From: Kudoa neothunni
Taxonomy: Eukaryota; Animalia; Cnidaria
NCBI GenBank assembly: GCA_964304625.1
Contig: OZ199838.1
Coordinates: 605,059 to 669,058 of the forward strand
DNA: 64,000 bases
Direction: 5' to 3'
Shown here: positions 14,120 through 26,447 of the stretch, one piece after another
How positions within the stretch are numbered: the first letter of the stretch is position 1
How the letters are laid out: every line of letters begins with the position of its first letter
Translations under genes and position numbers: made by a program
The notes under the pieces: generated by a model
Database searches by the model: none
Told to the model about the DNA's origin: nothing
What the model saw: the letters and a program-made list of their open reading frames with translations, nothing else

Positions 14120-14195
14120 GCGGTAGAGAGCAGAGTGATACGGTACCACCGACATTTAATGCTAATAACATAGGTTCGAATCCCAATTCAGAGCT
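14120..14195 (+). other. tRNA-derived (SINE-like or pseudo-tRNA) fragment
   Basis: Exact B-box GGTTCGAATCCC at 14173-14184 with a weak A-box-like stretch about 45 nt upstream; no clean cloverleaf. Confidence 0.35.
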
Positions 14196-14538
14196 TGAGT
14201 TACATCGTATATCTCATTTTTGATATTATATTTAATGTTTAATTGTAATATATTTATAAAAACTAGACATGCTTAGATTTCAATAAATAAAAATAGTCAT
14301 TTAATTGATGAACTGTACGGATTAAACTAATTTTCATTATTTTACATGGGAAACATTGATTCAGAATTCGAACACACTTTAAGAACGGATTATGGTCGAG
14401 GTTGCATTATATATATAGTAATTATGGAATACTGTGGTAATAATAGAACAGTAATTTTGTAGAAATAACAAATTTAAAATTCTCAAGCGGAATTATGATT
14501 TTAGAAGGTTAACTAAATATTATTTTTTCAAAATAAGT

Positions 14539-16724
14539 CAAACCGTTACAGGTGTCAATAAATATAAGCAATATAGTACAGTGACAAAAAGGGAACGAAA
14601 ATATAATTTATTCTGATAATGATGGTTTAAAAAATATCGATATTTTAAACACAGTTGAGTTGTTGACGTTACTTTGAGACATATGATAATATTGGTATTT
14701 TAGCTGATGAAGAAGACCCCTTTGTTCCAAGAGATTTTGGCAACATTGGCATCGGAATCGTCCATAAACATGAAGTGAAGTAGGAGCTCTCTCATATATT
14801 AATAATGTATCATCAATGATAATTCTTGGGCCACGTAGTGTAAAATATCCTAATTTAAAAATCCATTTGTAACTGTCATTGATTGCGAAACAGTTACTCA
14901 AAATAAATGTGTCGTTATGTGTGATAGCTCAACAGGTAAGTATGAATCATATAAAGTATTGTTAAAAAATGTTCGATAACTTTATTTTAAATATTGTTAA
15001 GGAAACAAATGTTAATGCCAACAAAATAATTAAACTTTTCACATACCCATAAAAGAATTTGAATCTTTTGTCGATATTTTACTATTATCCAGATACCATA
15101 GACTATATCGGCGGAATTTGTATGGAGAAACTTGGATGGATTCTGGAGTTGAAATTGTAAAAAAGAGCTATGAACTATAAAATATTCTAACTGATAAAAG
15201 GATACATTTATTTTAATATTATTTTTAAGCGTGATAAGCTGTTCAAGACGGGATCAATAATGAGAAAATTGATTAAAATATCAATAAATTTCGAGATTTT
15301 CACGTCTTATCTGTTGATGACCAGATGCTCCCATATATTGGTCATAATTCATGAAAAATGTATATGTAGGGAAAGTCTATCGTTTCGGTTTTAAACATTA
15401 AACATTAAACAAACATTGAGGTTTGGCTTCTTCATACGATGTATTAATATTTTCAATGTATATATAAATAAAGTAGAAATATACATCAAGAATTTTGTCC
15501 AAGGTGGAAGTCTCCTACCAAATTTTGTCGACGAGTCAAAGGATAGAGAGAGATCATGCCTACTTTGTCCATTTTTTCAATTCATGCAAATCGATGGTTG
15601 AATTTAACAATATCCGATCACTAAGAATGAACCTAACTTCGAACTATCTAATGACTCTTTCGCAATTAATGAAGAAAAATCTTCAAGGCAACTATGAATA
15701 CTATGAATATTTCTTAGATAGCAGATTTGAATTTAATTGTATTTAACCGAATGGTACGAATCCTGTCACTTAACTTAGCATTTCACTTATTGTTGAACCA
15801 ATTCTACATGTGACATGTTTTTGTAGGGAAAACAAATGCAATGTGTCGATCGAACAGTCCCAAATTTCATAAATACAACAAGGATATGGGTGGTGTTGAT
15901 AACGTATAGAATTCTGTCTTTGTCACAGAATATGAAATCGCTCTAAAAATGGTAGTGACCTCATTTTACCGGTGTGATATTGCCGACAGCGGTTAATTCT
16001 TGAGAAATACTAAATTTTTCACGAGAATAACCATCTATTAAATTATATCGGAAAAATTGTAGTCAATTTTGTCAGTAGAAATTATTTCGACAAAAAGTAA
16101 ATGATCATGTATCACGAATATTCTTGTAGTGTCATTATGTGGTATTATTTAATATTATGTAGTCGACGTATGATGAGTACTAATGCTGAGAAGATGGAGA
16201 TGCATTTAAGAAAAAAGTAGTCAAAATTATATTAAAGTTTAAAATTTGACAGATTTCCATAATCACCAGTAGTTTTTACTCTATGTGATATAAAACCGTT
16301 TATTTTTGGCGCATTCTGTCACAATGTTTAATTAGATAGTCGCATGCATGTCGTTTGTTTTTAGTTCCCCGTCCGACCCCTTGATAATTTTTACATTTTC
16401 GTTGGAAAGTATAATTTCTAATCAATCACAATTCAGATGAATTATTGAAATATCATTTTCAACCTATATTTTAAATTTATTGAAATATCATTTTCAACCT
16501 ATATTTTAAATTTATTGAAATATCATTTTCAACCTATATTTTAAATTTATTGAAATATCATTTTCAACCTATATTTTAAATTTATTGAAATATCATTTTC
16601 AACCTATATTTTAAATTTATTGAAATATCATTTTCAACCTATATTTTAAATTTATTGAAATATCATTTTCAACCTATATTTTAAATTTATTGAAAATTTA
16701 AGGATTTGACCCGGAATGGGTTAA
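14539..16724 (+). mobile_element. Decayed piggyBac (PGBD2/3-like lineage)
   Basis: LSVDDQMLPYIGHNS*KMYM*GKSI (15307-15385), YNKDMGGVD (15873-15900); right end CCGGAATGGG-TTAA 16711-16724; left end approximate. Confidence 0.75.
16442..16695. repeat. Perfect 35 bp minisatellite, about 7.2 copies
   Basis: Unit ATTGAAATATCATTTTCAACCTATATTTTAAATTT; TGAAA recurs at 16446, 16481, 16516, 16551, 16586, 16621, 16656, 16691. Confidence 0.98.
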
Positions 16725-16858
16725 TGTACTCCTATAACATAAATGAAAATTCTGCCGATTATTCGATTATTCTTGGGTACAAGCATATATTTACGTGATA
16801 AAGACAAATATAAATTTATAATAATTACAAAAAGCTAATTCTAATAAGGATAAATAAA

Positions 16859-18616
16859 TCAATTTCTTATAGCATTGGTTATGTGGAAAAGACTATCACG
16901 TACAAACTGACACAATTTGAGGTTCATTTCCACCAAAATCATCACTTCTTCGATAAAATTCATTGAACACATACCCTAAATAGGATAATTTACGAGAATT
17001 ATATATATATATATATATAATGTTTTTGTTAAATCTCTTACAGCCCATATATTGTTGACCGTGTAAGCAGATTTGTCCGATATACTAAATAATAATGATT
17101 GTTTCAATGATAACGTAAAGTGCACTCAGGAAACATACATTACTGAACCTATTTTGATGTGACTTTCATTGACAGGACGCTGTGTTTAAAGTAATATAAT
17201 AAAAATTCGTATATACGGAAAAACCTCGAAAGACGCTCTAGCATCATTTGAAGAAAAGTTGCAAGGTGTAGCTTTTAACAACAACACTGCCAATTTTCCA
17301 TTTGATAAATAAAAATGAATAAACATATCTTTCGGTAAGGGATTGTTGAATTGGTTCTATTATTTTTAAGTATAATTAGAAAATAGGTGGGAATGATTTT
17401 CAGTTAAAAAATCTGAAATGAAAAGTTGTTGTTTGGGAGTGGTGAATAATTTACTTGAACTTGTTTTCCGAAAACATCATCTGGAATCCTGTCGGAGTAG
17501 TCAAGACAGCCGTAAACTCTAGTCAAATCTGTCAACAGTTGAGAAAATATCTTAGCCCAAGATTATAAAAATATGTAATAACAAACATTTACGTAATCAG
17601 CTGATTCCACATCCCTAGAGGGTACTCCCAAGTAACTTTCCACCTTCTCGAATAATGTAACCAACAAATAGTAGGTTTCTTTAAGCTAGGAGAATTAATG
17701 TGATTGTTGTTTATGTATAAATGAAAATTTTATACTTGGTGAAGATCCCAAAACGCATTTTTGGACAATTCACCTGTCCATCGATCATTACCATTTGAGT
17801 GACTGTGTGAGTTGTGCTTTTTGAACACCACCTCCTACATTAATTAGAAATTCACAATTTAAGATAAATTTACAAAGCGTAATCATCATAATGAAGGTAG
17901 AAATTTATAAATAAATTAATAAATGTTGAAATAATTTGAGAATAAAAAAGATGAATACGCAAATTAAAAGTTTATAAGGATAGATATTAGTGAAAATGAA
18001 TTAAAATAATTCATATCAGAATTAACAATTAAGCCCTCAAAATATGATAATTAAATATGAAGTTGTTTCGCGATAGACAACAAATGTATACCGCTTTCAC
18101 AATGAGATTGCCTATTATTCCAACAGTTCCAGTCAATTCCGATCTAAAATTATATTAAAAAAATATTAAAATCCAGACATACGATTTAGTCACGATTTGT
18201 CCAATTTCGGCCAGTTCCAAATGTTGTTGGACTTTGTTGAAATCATCTTCAGAAAATCATAATGGTGTTCAAGGTACGAGTAAAATTTTACTTATGGCGA
18301 AAAATCGGGAGATAGTGACCTATAATAGTATTTGTTATATCAATTCAATCGGACGATCAATGAAAAACCTAACCCTGCTGCTGCGTTGTATGGTTCCTAA
18401 TTACTGATAAATTCGAATTTTTTAACTATCTATCATTTCTATCTTTTAACGTCTTAATATTGATATATTTACTTTATTTTATTTTATTAAGACAAGTAAA
18501 CTTAAAACAGCAATTTTGTCTAATAACGGTAATCATTAAAAATACCTTACACAACATTAAAATTTTAGAAATATTTCTTAAATTTAATTTACCGTTACTC
18601 ACGAACGATTCTGCAT
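16859..18616 (-). CDS. ROGDI: ROGDI / Rav2-like protein (Rabconnectin-3/RAVE subunit), divergent
   Basis: Spliced translation has, in order, LTGTVGIIGNLIVKA, FWDLHQLKE, QLLTDLTR, FNNPLPKDMFIHFYLSNGKL, NLKLCQFVRDSL, matching recalled ROGDI blocks VKGVLTLQGDALSQA, WKLQQIQD, LQLTR, FAPALPSDLLVNVYINLNKL, SLQLCQQLKDKI. 5' exons and start uncertain. Confidence 0.8.
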
Positions 18617-20339
18617 TTTGATAAATAAATATGTGACGAATTCGTTAAATAATGACGCGTTCGAAATTATATCGTAATATTTAATTATGAATTAACTACC
18701 TTAGTTTATATATTTATAATGGCGTTTTATGTAAAATAAAATATTTCGGAATTATCTAATTAAAAATATACTAATATTTTGCATTCTTATTAAAATATAT
18801 ATATAAATCGCGCTGAAAGAAACATGACTAATCGCTAATATTAAATGTTAATTCTTCACTACAAATATTCATGTGTTTGAATCTGTGTGCATATAATGAA
18901 ACCTTTTGTTAATTTTAAAATAATAATTATTTAGTTATGCTTATAATGTATAATGTTATTTTATAAGTTGATTTAGTTTTCTAGAGAGTGGTAAAATCAT
19001 TCAAATATGGGACTATTCTTAATTATCATAGTGTTTAAGACGATTGACAATTTTTGCATACAATGTTGTTCAAAAACATATATATTAAGTTAATTATATT
19101 AAATTGTAAATGAGTGAAGTTACCTAATCCAAAATGATTTATTATCATATTTATCCAATGTAAATATTAATTTTGATAGTTTATAGCGATAATATCCACG
19201 AATTGAATGGTTGAAAAAATCTTAGTCTCACAAAGTAACGATCATCAAATTATATAAGAAGTAGAACTAGATAATTATTACTTTAAAATTAACAAAAGGT
19301 TTCAAATTTTGAACTTTTCGTTATCCCCCTAAATCTTATATTGAATAACCTTAATATGAATATTAAAAATTTTATATTACTGTCAACAAATCGTTCTGAA
19401 TCAGAAAAATATTTCCCATATTATTTGTTGTGTATAAAAATATAATAACTATCCATAATTCACTGAGATAATATTTAATGTTATTCTTTTTGTATAGTTT
19501 CACCTGAAGGTTCATGAATTCGTTTCGATCCAATTTGCAATAGAACTAAGTTATGAAAGTTAATTATTTAACATTTGGAAAATTTATTCAGATCGTAAAA
19601 AATTGTAACCGCATAATAATAGATAATTAAATATATTTGAGTTGTATTTTTCGATTTTAATTAGTTATCTCCTATTAATCTATTGCTATTATAGATTTTC
19701 TAATTAATTTGTAAAATAAAGCTAATTACGTCGATGAACTCATTTATATTTTTTAAATTTATTTCCACTAGAAACACATATACTCATCGAAATATATAAG
19801 TTGTCAGCTGTCAATTGTACGTAGAAATAGGATAATAAAGTTTTCAATTACATTTAGAAATTCATTTTGAATAAAATTAATCGATATGAAAACAGATAGG
19901 AATGTAAAAAATGTCAAATACCACAGAATGTTTAGTATTCATTCAAATTTATTATATTAGCTCTATTTTTTTATATTTCAAATTATTAGATGATTAATTC
20001 AACAAGGTCATAAGAAATGAGTTTATTCATTACATCAGTCTTTATTGATAAAAAAAAATTTAGAAAAAGTTTATTTTTTTATTAAATTTTTTTCCCCACT
20101 TTTGTAATTTTGACTTTAATTATAAGAAATATTTCATTACATGAATCGTTTTATACATTCTATATTTAATCATCTCAATTAAAATATAAGAAATTCAAAT
20201 AAATTTTAAACAAGGATTATTCTACGTGATAACAACCATTTTCACAATTCCATTACTCGAAGTAGTCTTTGAACTTGAACGAGATACTGTGGAACTTCAG
20301 AGGAGACAAACCAGTTCATTTCGTTATTCTAATCAAAAT

Positions 20340-20610
20340 AGTTACACTTTATGATGCAAAAATCAATCACATCGCAGCCAACCATCCTGGAGATTTGTAA
20401 TCAAACACGATCACAATCGGCGTAATGTTCGGAAGAGACAAGTTACAAGCCTTATAATGTTTCTCTTCTAATGTGATATCACTTTTCGTTTTTAATCGAT
20501 AATTAATAATTTTATGATGATAGAATTCACGTATGTGATTCTTAAATTTATCAGTTTCTGTAAGACTTTGATGGTTATTGTTGATACTTTAATAAAATAA
20601 ATGATGTCAA
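20340..20610 (+). pseudogene. Possible Gypsy-type integrase remnant
   Basis: HIAANHPG (zinc-binding H...HPG) followed by LMVIVDTL (LVIVD.FSK-like); heavily decayed. Confidence 0.35.
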
Positions 20611-21374
20611 ACAGTTTCCACACAATCGATCCAGAAAAGAGCATTACGTTAAAAAAATAACCCATCAACATTATTTTATTTATCTTATTTACCTTATTTA
20701 TTTTACTTACTTATTTTACTATTTTATTCGAGATGATAAAATAAAAATTATCTACAAATATTGGATAAACGTTGTAAATTATTGCCTGTTTTCCACAATG
20801 TTTCTTCTATTTTGAATAACTACATACACTAAGAACAGATCAGATAAGATAAGATATAACAATAATCTCAATTTAAATATTAAATAACATTAGACCAGAC
20901 GTGGAGATGATCAAAGTAGATGATTTGTTTATGGTGAGGATAAGGGTTGAAAAGGTACGTATAAGCTAGAGTGAACAAGAAAATAATCCCCCCCCCCCCC
21001 ACCTACTAGGCATCTTCAAAAAGAATACTATCGTAAAATATACTAATTGGTAAACTTTAAAGAGTAATATTGATATTATTTAGAGAGAAATTAAATTCTG
21101 AAATATGTTCGCGCATGTGTAAAATAATGAATAATAATAAAAACTCCAATTTAACACTCATAAAAGTTGTTAGCTCTTAAACTGTTATCTATATTTTATT
21201 TCTAGGCTGGAAATGATTAATATTCACCAGAAATAACCAAAATAAAGTCAAACTTAGTCTTTCTTACATTGTTTTATGGTATGTAACAATGTTAACATGC
21301 TTTAAAAAATCATTCATACACGGTTACTCTTGAAAATAGATATTACGTAACATAATGAACCCAAAAACGATGAA

Positions 21375-21416
21375 CGTGTAATGTGTGCAATGTGTGTAAT
21401 GTGTGTAATGTGTAAT
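21375..21416. repeat. (AATGTGTGT)n-like short tandem repeat
   Basis: gtgtaatgtgtgcaatgtgtgtaatgtgtgtaatgtgtaatg read directly. Confidence 0.8.
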
Positions 21417-22665
21417 GGAATTTCAGGTAGATTTTACCGCACATTTTTTTGATTTATAACACTTAAAAAAATCCAATAATCAACATTTTAGAATAATTTT
21501 TAATTCCTATGGATGAAACACTGGCAAATGCCTATTAAATTATGACGTAAAGCCCGCGATAATCGACTTCGTATACGATCCGTCTTATGTCGGTATACTT
21601 CGATGTTTCATTAATAAAGTAATTGTGTTAATTCAGCGGAATTAAATGTGTTGCGCAAGTTGAAATATTAAAACAAAACATAAGAACGATTCTTGAAAGT
21701 GCTGAGAAGTTAATACAGTTTTTAAATGCGTGAAATGGACCATAAAACTTATAACAATTTTCGCATTATTTAGACAATTTTTAATCATTTTCCCCTCACT
21801 ATATCCACATGTTGCTCGCTTTATATTCATTAAGACATCATTAAGACATCATCATTAAGACATCATCATTAAGACATCATCATTAATACATCATCATTAA
21901 TACATCATTAAGAAATTAAGACATTAAGACATTAAGAAGAGGTTCCTGTTGGTGTGCATAAACAATGCCGAGACCTGTTTTTATTGTTTTATTTGTGGAT
22001 TTTGTTGTCAACAATGTTTTGTTTAATTGTTCAACGATTTCTTCAAAAAAATCACATATTTTGATTTATTGGGAACATAAGATATCAACATCATTTTTCA
22101 CGGAGTACAAAAATGCTGCCACAATGAGCCCTATTTGGTGATGATTGGAGACATGGTGGTATCTCTAGTTTTTAACGTAATATCTGTATGGTCAATTTTT
22201 TCAAATAATTTCCCAGCAAGAAACATCGATAAGAAGACATTTTCATCAATAACATGATATTCATTCTCTGATAAACAAAATTCATTAATGAAATCATTTG
22301 AATCACACATCTTCATATAATTTGCGCATGCGATTTAATTAATTTATCTAACATTTCCCTAATTTCTACAAAAACTACTCATAGGTATTATATAATATTT
22401 AGGTTCGGAGTAGTATACATTTTTTCAAATATTTTTAATTGAAAAAAACATGGGGTAAATATACCCCAAAGACCATAATAAGATAAAATAAATATTAAAA
22501 CTTATACAATAATTGTTCGAAAAAAATTTTTTAAATAAACTAAAGACGAAATTTTGTTAGAAGAATAACTGGAATATATTAGGTATTATTTAACTGTATA
22601 GAAAGAGACACCATCACCGAAATCGTTTTTGGGTAAAATTTACCCCAATTCCATTAGAGGATTAA
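21413..22665 (-). mobile_element. Internally deleted piggyBac element
   Basis: Right end GGGTAAAATTTACCCCAATTCCATTAGAGGA-TTAA is inverted to TAATGGAATTTCAGGTAGATTTTACC at left; MLISYVPNKSKYVIFL (SYVPKK motif) on minus near 22045-22095. Confidence 0.7.
21828..21935. repeat. Imperfect CATTAAGA(CAT)n tandem repeat
   Basis: Variable 8-14 bp units read directly. Confidence 0.85.
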
Positions 22666-23463
22666 AAGAATAAATAATTTATGGATCTATTCGAAAATAC
22701 ATTAGGATACATTTGTTAAATATTGTAATAATATATTACAGGCTGGAATCAGATCAAAGAGTCAGCTTGAAAATAATACCATAATATTCTACTCCAGTTT
22801 TTTTAAGAACAAACCACAATACATCACCCGTTACATATATAATGAGAACAAAATAAAATAATTAAACAACTAATTTTTGAATAAAAATGTGAATAATTAT
22901 TATATTAAAATCTCATTGGATGTATTTATAACCAATACGTAATATATAATGCGTAATATGTGTTAATTGATATTTAATATTTATTTTCAATCGTCTAATA
23001 TAAATTTAAATTATCATAAAAAAATTATAGAATATAAAATCTTTTATAAATTAAAATATATGATTAATTCAATCAAATAAATTATATCACATTACTGAAT
23101 GTTATTCACATTGAATAATTTGTTATTACGTTAAACTAACAGTTATAAGTGACGTTTGTTAATTGTGTTTTGCTATAAAATATTGATTATTCTCCGTTTT
23201 AAGTAAATAAACAATTCTATGTATTTTATTAAGAAATCACGAAACAAATATTTTATGATTAATTTAACAAATTTTTAATCCTCATTACAACACATCAAAT
23301 TTATAACGAGGACTCTTATAATATTGGATTGAGAAAATTCTCAAATAACCGGTTCATTCTAACTAGACTAGACTAACTTCAACGAGATTATCAATTCGAT
23401 AATAACTTAAATATAAAAAAAATGTGACTATTAGTATTCTGCTAAATAATATTCAGTTGTCCC

Positions 23464-25675
23464 TAATTTAATTAATTTGATTTAAGTTAATTTAATTAAT
23501 TTAATTTAAGTTAATTTAAGTTAATTTAAGTTAATTTGATTTAAGTTAATTTGATTTGATTTAAGTTAATTTGATTTAAGTTAATTTAATTTAAGTTAAT
23601 TTGATTTGATTTAAGTTAATTTAATTAATTTGATTTAAGTTAATTTAATTAATTTAATTTAAGTTAATTTAAGTTAATTTAAGTTAATTTGATTTAAGTT
23701 AATTTAATTTAAGTTAATTTAATTTGATTTAAGTTAATTTAATTTAAGTTAATTTAATTAATTTAATTTGATTTAAGTTAATTTAATTAATTTAATTTAA
23801 GTTAATTTGATTAAAGTTAATTTAATTTAAGTTAATTTGATTTAAGTTAATTTAATTAATTTAATTTAAGTTAATTTAAGTTAATTTAAGTTAATTTGAT
23901 TTAAGTTAATTTGATTTGATTTAAGTTAATTTGATTTAAGTTAATTTAATTTAAGTTAATTTGATTTGATTTAAGTTAATTTAATTAATTTGATTTAAGT
24001 TAATTTAATTAATTTAATTTAAGTTAATTTAAGTTAATTTAAGTTAATTTGATTTAAGTTAATTTGATTTGATTTAAGTTAATTTGATTTAAGTTAATTT
24101 AATTTAAGTTAATTTGATTTGATTTAAGTTAATTTAATTAATTTAATTTAAGTTAATTTGATTTAAGTTAATTTAATTAATTTAATTTAAGTTAATTTAA
24201 GTTAATTTAAGTTAATTTGATTTAAGTTAATTTGATTTGATTTAAGTTAATTTAATTTAAGTTAATTTGATTTGATTTAAGTTAATTTAATTAATTTAAT
24301 TTAAGTTAATTTGATTTAAGTTAATTTGATTAATTTAATTTAAGTTAATTTAAGTTAATTTAATTTAAGTTAATTTGATTTAAGTTAATTTAATTTAAGT
24401 TAATTTGATTTGATTTAAGTTAATTTAATTAATTTAATTTAAGTTAATTTGATTTAAGTTAATTTGATTAATTTAATTTAATTTAAGTTAATTTGATTTA
24501 AGTTAATTTAATTTAAGTTAATTTAATTAATTTAAGTTAATTTAAGTTAATTTAATTTAAGTTAATTTGATTTAAGTTAATTTAAGTTAAGTTAATTTGA
24601 TTTAAGTTAATTTGATTTGATTTAAGTTAATTTGATTTAAGTTAATTTAATTAATTTAATTTAAGTTAATTTGATTTGATTTAAGTTAATTTAATTAATT
24701 TAATTTAAGTTAATTTGATTTAAGTTAATTTGATTAATTTAATTTAAGTTAATTTAAGTTAATTTAATTAATTTAATTTAAGTTAATTTAAGTTAATTTA
24801 ATTTAAGTTAATTTGATTTAAGTTAATTTAAGTTAAGTTAATTTGATTAAAGTTAATTTGATTTAAGTTAATTTGATTTAAGTTAATTTAATTAATTTAA
24901 TTTAAGTTAATTTGATTTAAGTTAATTTAATTAATTTAATTTAAGTTAATTTAATTTGATTTAAGTTAATTTGATTTAAGTTAATTTAATTAATTTAATT
25001 TAAGTTAATTTGATTTAAGTTAATTTAATTAATTTAATTTAAGTTAATTTAATTTGATTTAAGTTAATTTGATTTAAGTTAATTTAATTAATTTAATTTA
25101 AGTTAATTTGATTTAAGTTAATTTAATTAATTTAATTTAATTTAATTTAAGTTAATTTGATTTAAGTTAATTTGATTTGATTTAAGTTAATTAATTTAAT
25201 TTGATTTAAGTTAATTTGATTTAAGTTAATTTGATTTAAGTTAATTTAATTAATTTAATTTAAGTTAATTTGATTAAAGTTAATTTAATTTAAGTTAATT
25301 TGATTTAAGTTAATTTAATTAATTTAATTTAAGTTAATTTAAGTTAATTTAATTTAAGTTAATTTGATTTAAGTTAATTTAATTTAAGTTAATTTAATTT
25401 GATTTAAGTTAAGTTAATTTAAGTTAAGTTAATTTGATTAAAGTTAATTTGATTTAAGTTAATTTAATTAATTTAATTTAAGTTAATTTGATTTAAGTTA
25501 ATTTGATTAAAGTTAATTTGATTTAAGTTAATTTAATTTAAGTTAATTTAATTAATTTAATTTAAGTTAATTTAATTTAAGTTAATTTGATTTAAGTTAA
25601 TTTGATTTGATTTAAGTTAATTTGATTTAAGTTAATTTAATTTAATTAATTAATTAATTAATTTATTTATTTATT
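23464..25675. repeat. 2.2 kb complex pentamer satellite (TTAAT/TTAAG/TTGAT)
   Basis: Continuous array without C on the + strand; lines starting 23521/23581/23641 are identical to 23881/23941/24001 (360 bp offset). Confidence 0.98.
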
Positions 25676-25855
25676 GCGGATCCGCCGCTTCGTTCTTACG
25701 CGTTATAACTAATTAAATGTAGCATGTTCCAAAAAATCAAATCTCTGTATAGTTTAATAACTTATTAAAGTTATGAGTGGGAGTGGGAGTGGGAGTTGTC
25801 CGGATTAAAAATTCTCAACGCGCAAGCGTACATGTCGTTTAAGATTAAAATTAAC
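25676..25855 (-). mobile_element. Possible Helentron/DINE-like non-autonomous element end
   Basis: On minus: small hairpin ACGC-TTGC-GCGT, (CCCACT)3 microsatellite, core ...AAACTATACAGAGATTTGATTTTTTGG..., palindrome GCGGATCCGC, then the satellite. Architectural resemblance only. Confidence 0.35.
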
Positions 25856-26447
25856 CATACCAGTAACCTTTGTCTTCACTAAAATAATCATGTATTAATT
25901 TTATTAGCATTAACAGAATAATCAGAAGATTTATAAAAATATTCGTTTAGATGTTCTCAACTGTGGAAAACCGGTAATTTATTCCATAAACCAAACATAT
26001 AATCATATTTGAATACCAACATCGTATTAATGACCTTGATTTTATACTAATGTCAGTAGGATAAAATATTCATATAATTAGAGTAGATAGCAGTCCGACT
26101 ATAGTTGTATACATTTTATTGTTCAAAATCGATAACGACCCATTACGAAGGATAAACGGACAACAACGATTGTCTTCAAGATTAAATAAATTTTTACGCG
26201 TTAATTTTAAAATTTTTCTGGGAAAAAAATTCAACAATTTAAAATTACGTTGTTTAGGAGGGCGACTAATCGTTTGACATCACTGCCAGATTTAACATCT
26301 AGATGTAACACAAATATAAAAATTTATTTGTTGGAAAAATTGCTCCAATCAAAAGTGTTTATTTGTAACACTATTGCTGATCGATAAAATAATTAATATC
26401 TTGGTTAGGATATTGTTAAGCTCGCGCAGCTATTGTCTAATAATCTA

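Noticed and set aside
16442-16695. CRISPR array (35 bp palindromic repeats)
   Set aside because: No spacers, no cas genes, eukaryotic context.
17551-17592. Suspected non-canonical intron in ROGDI
   Set aside because: Re-reading shows a normal phase-0 GT...AAG intron (ESADY/IFSQL).
20988-21000. Poly-C tract
   Set aside because: Simple homopolymer with no supporting context.
23464-25675. Canonical telomere
   Set aside because: No TTAGGG or TTAGG units and an internal position; kept only as an irregular-repeat hypothesis.
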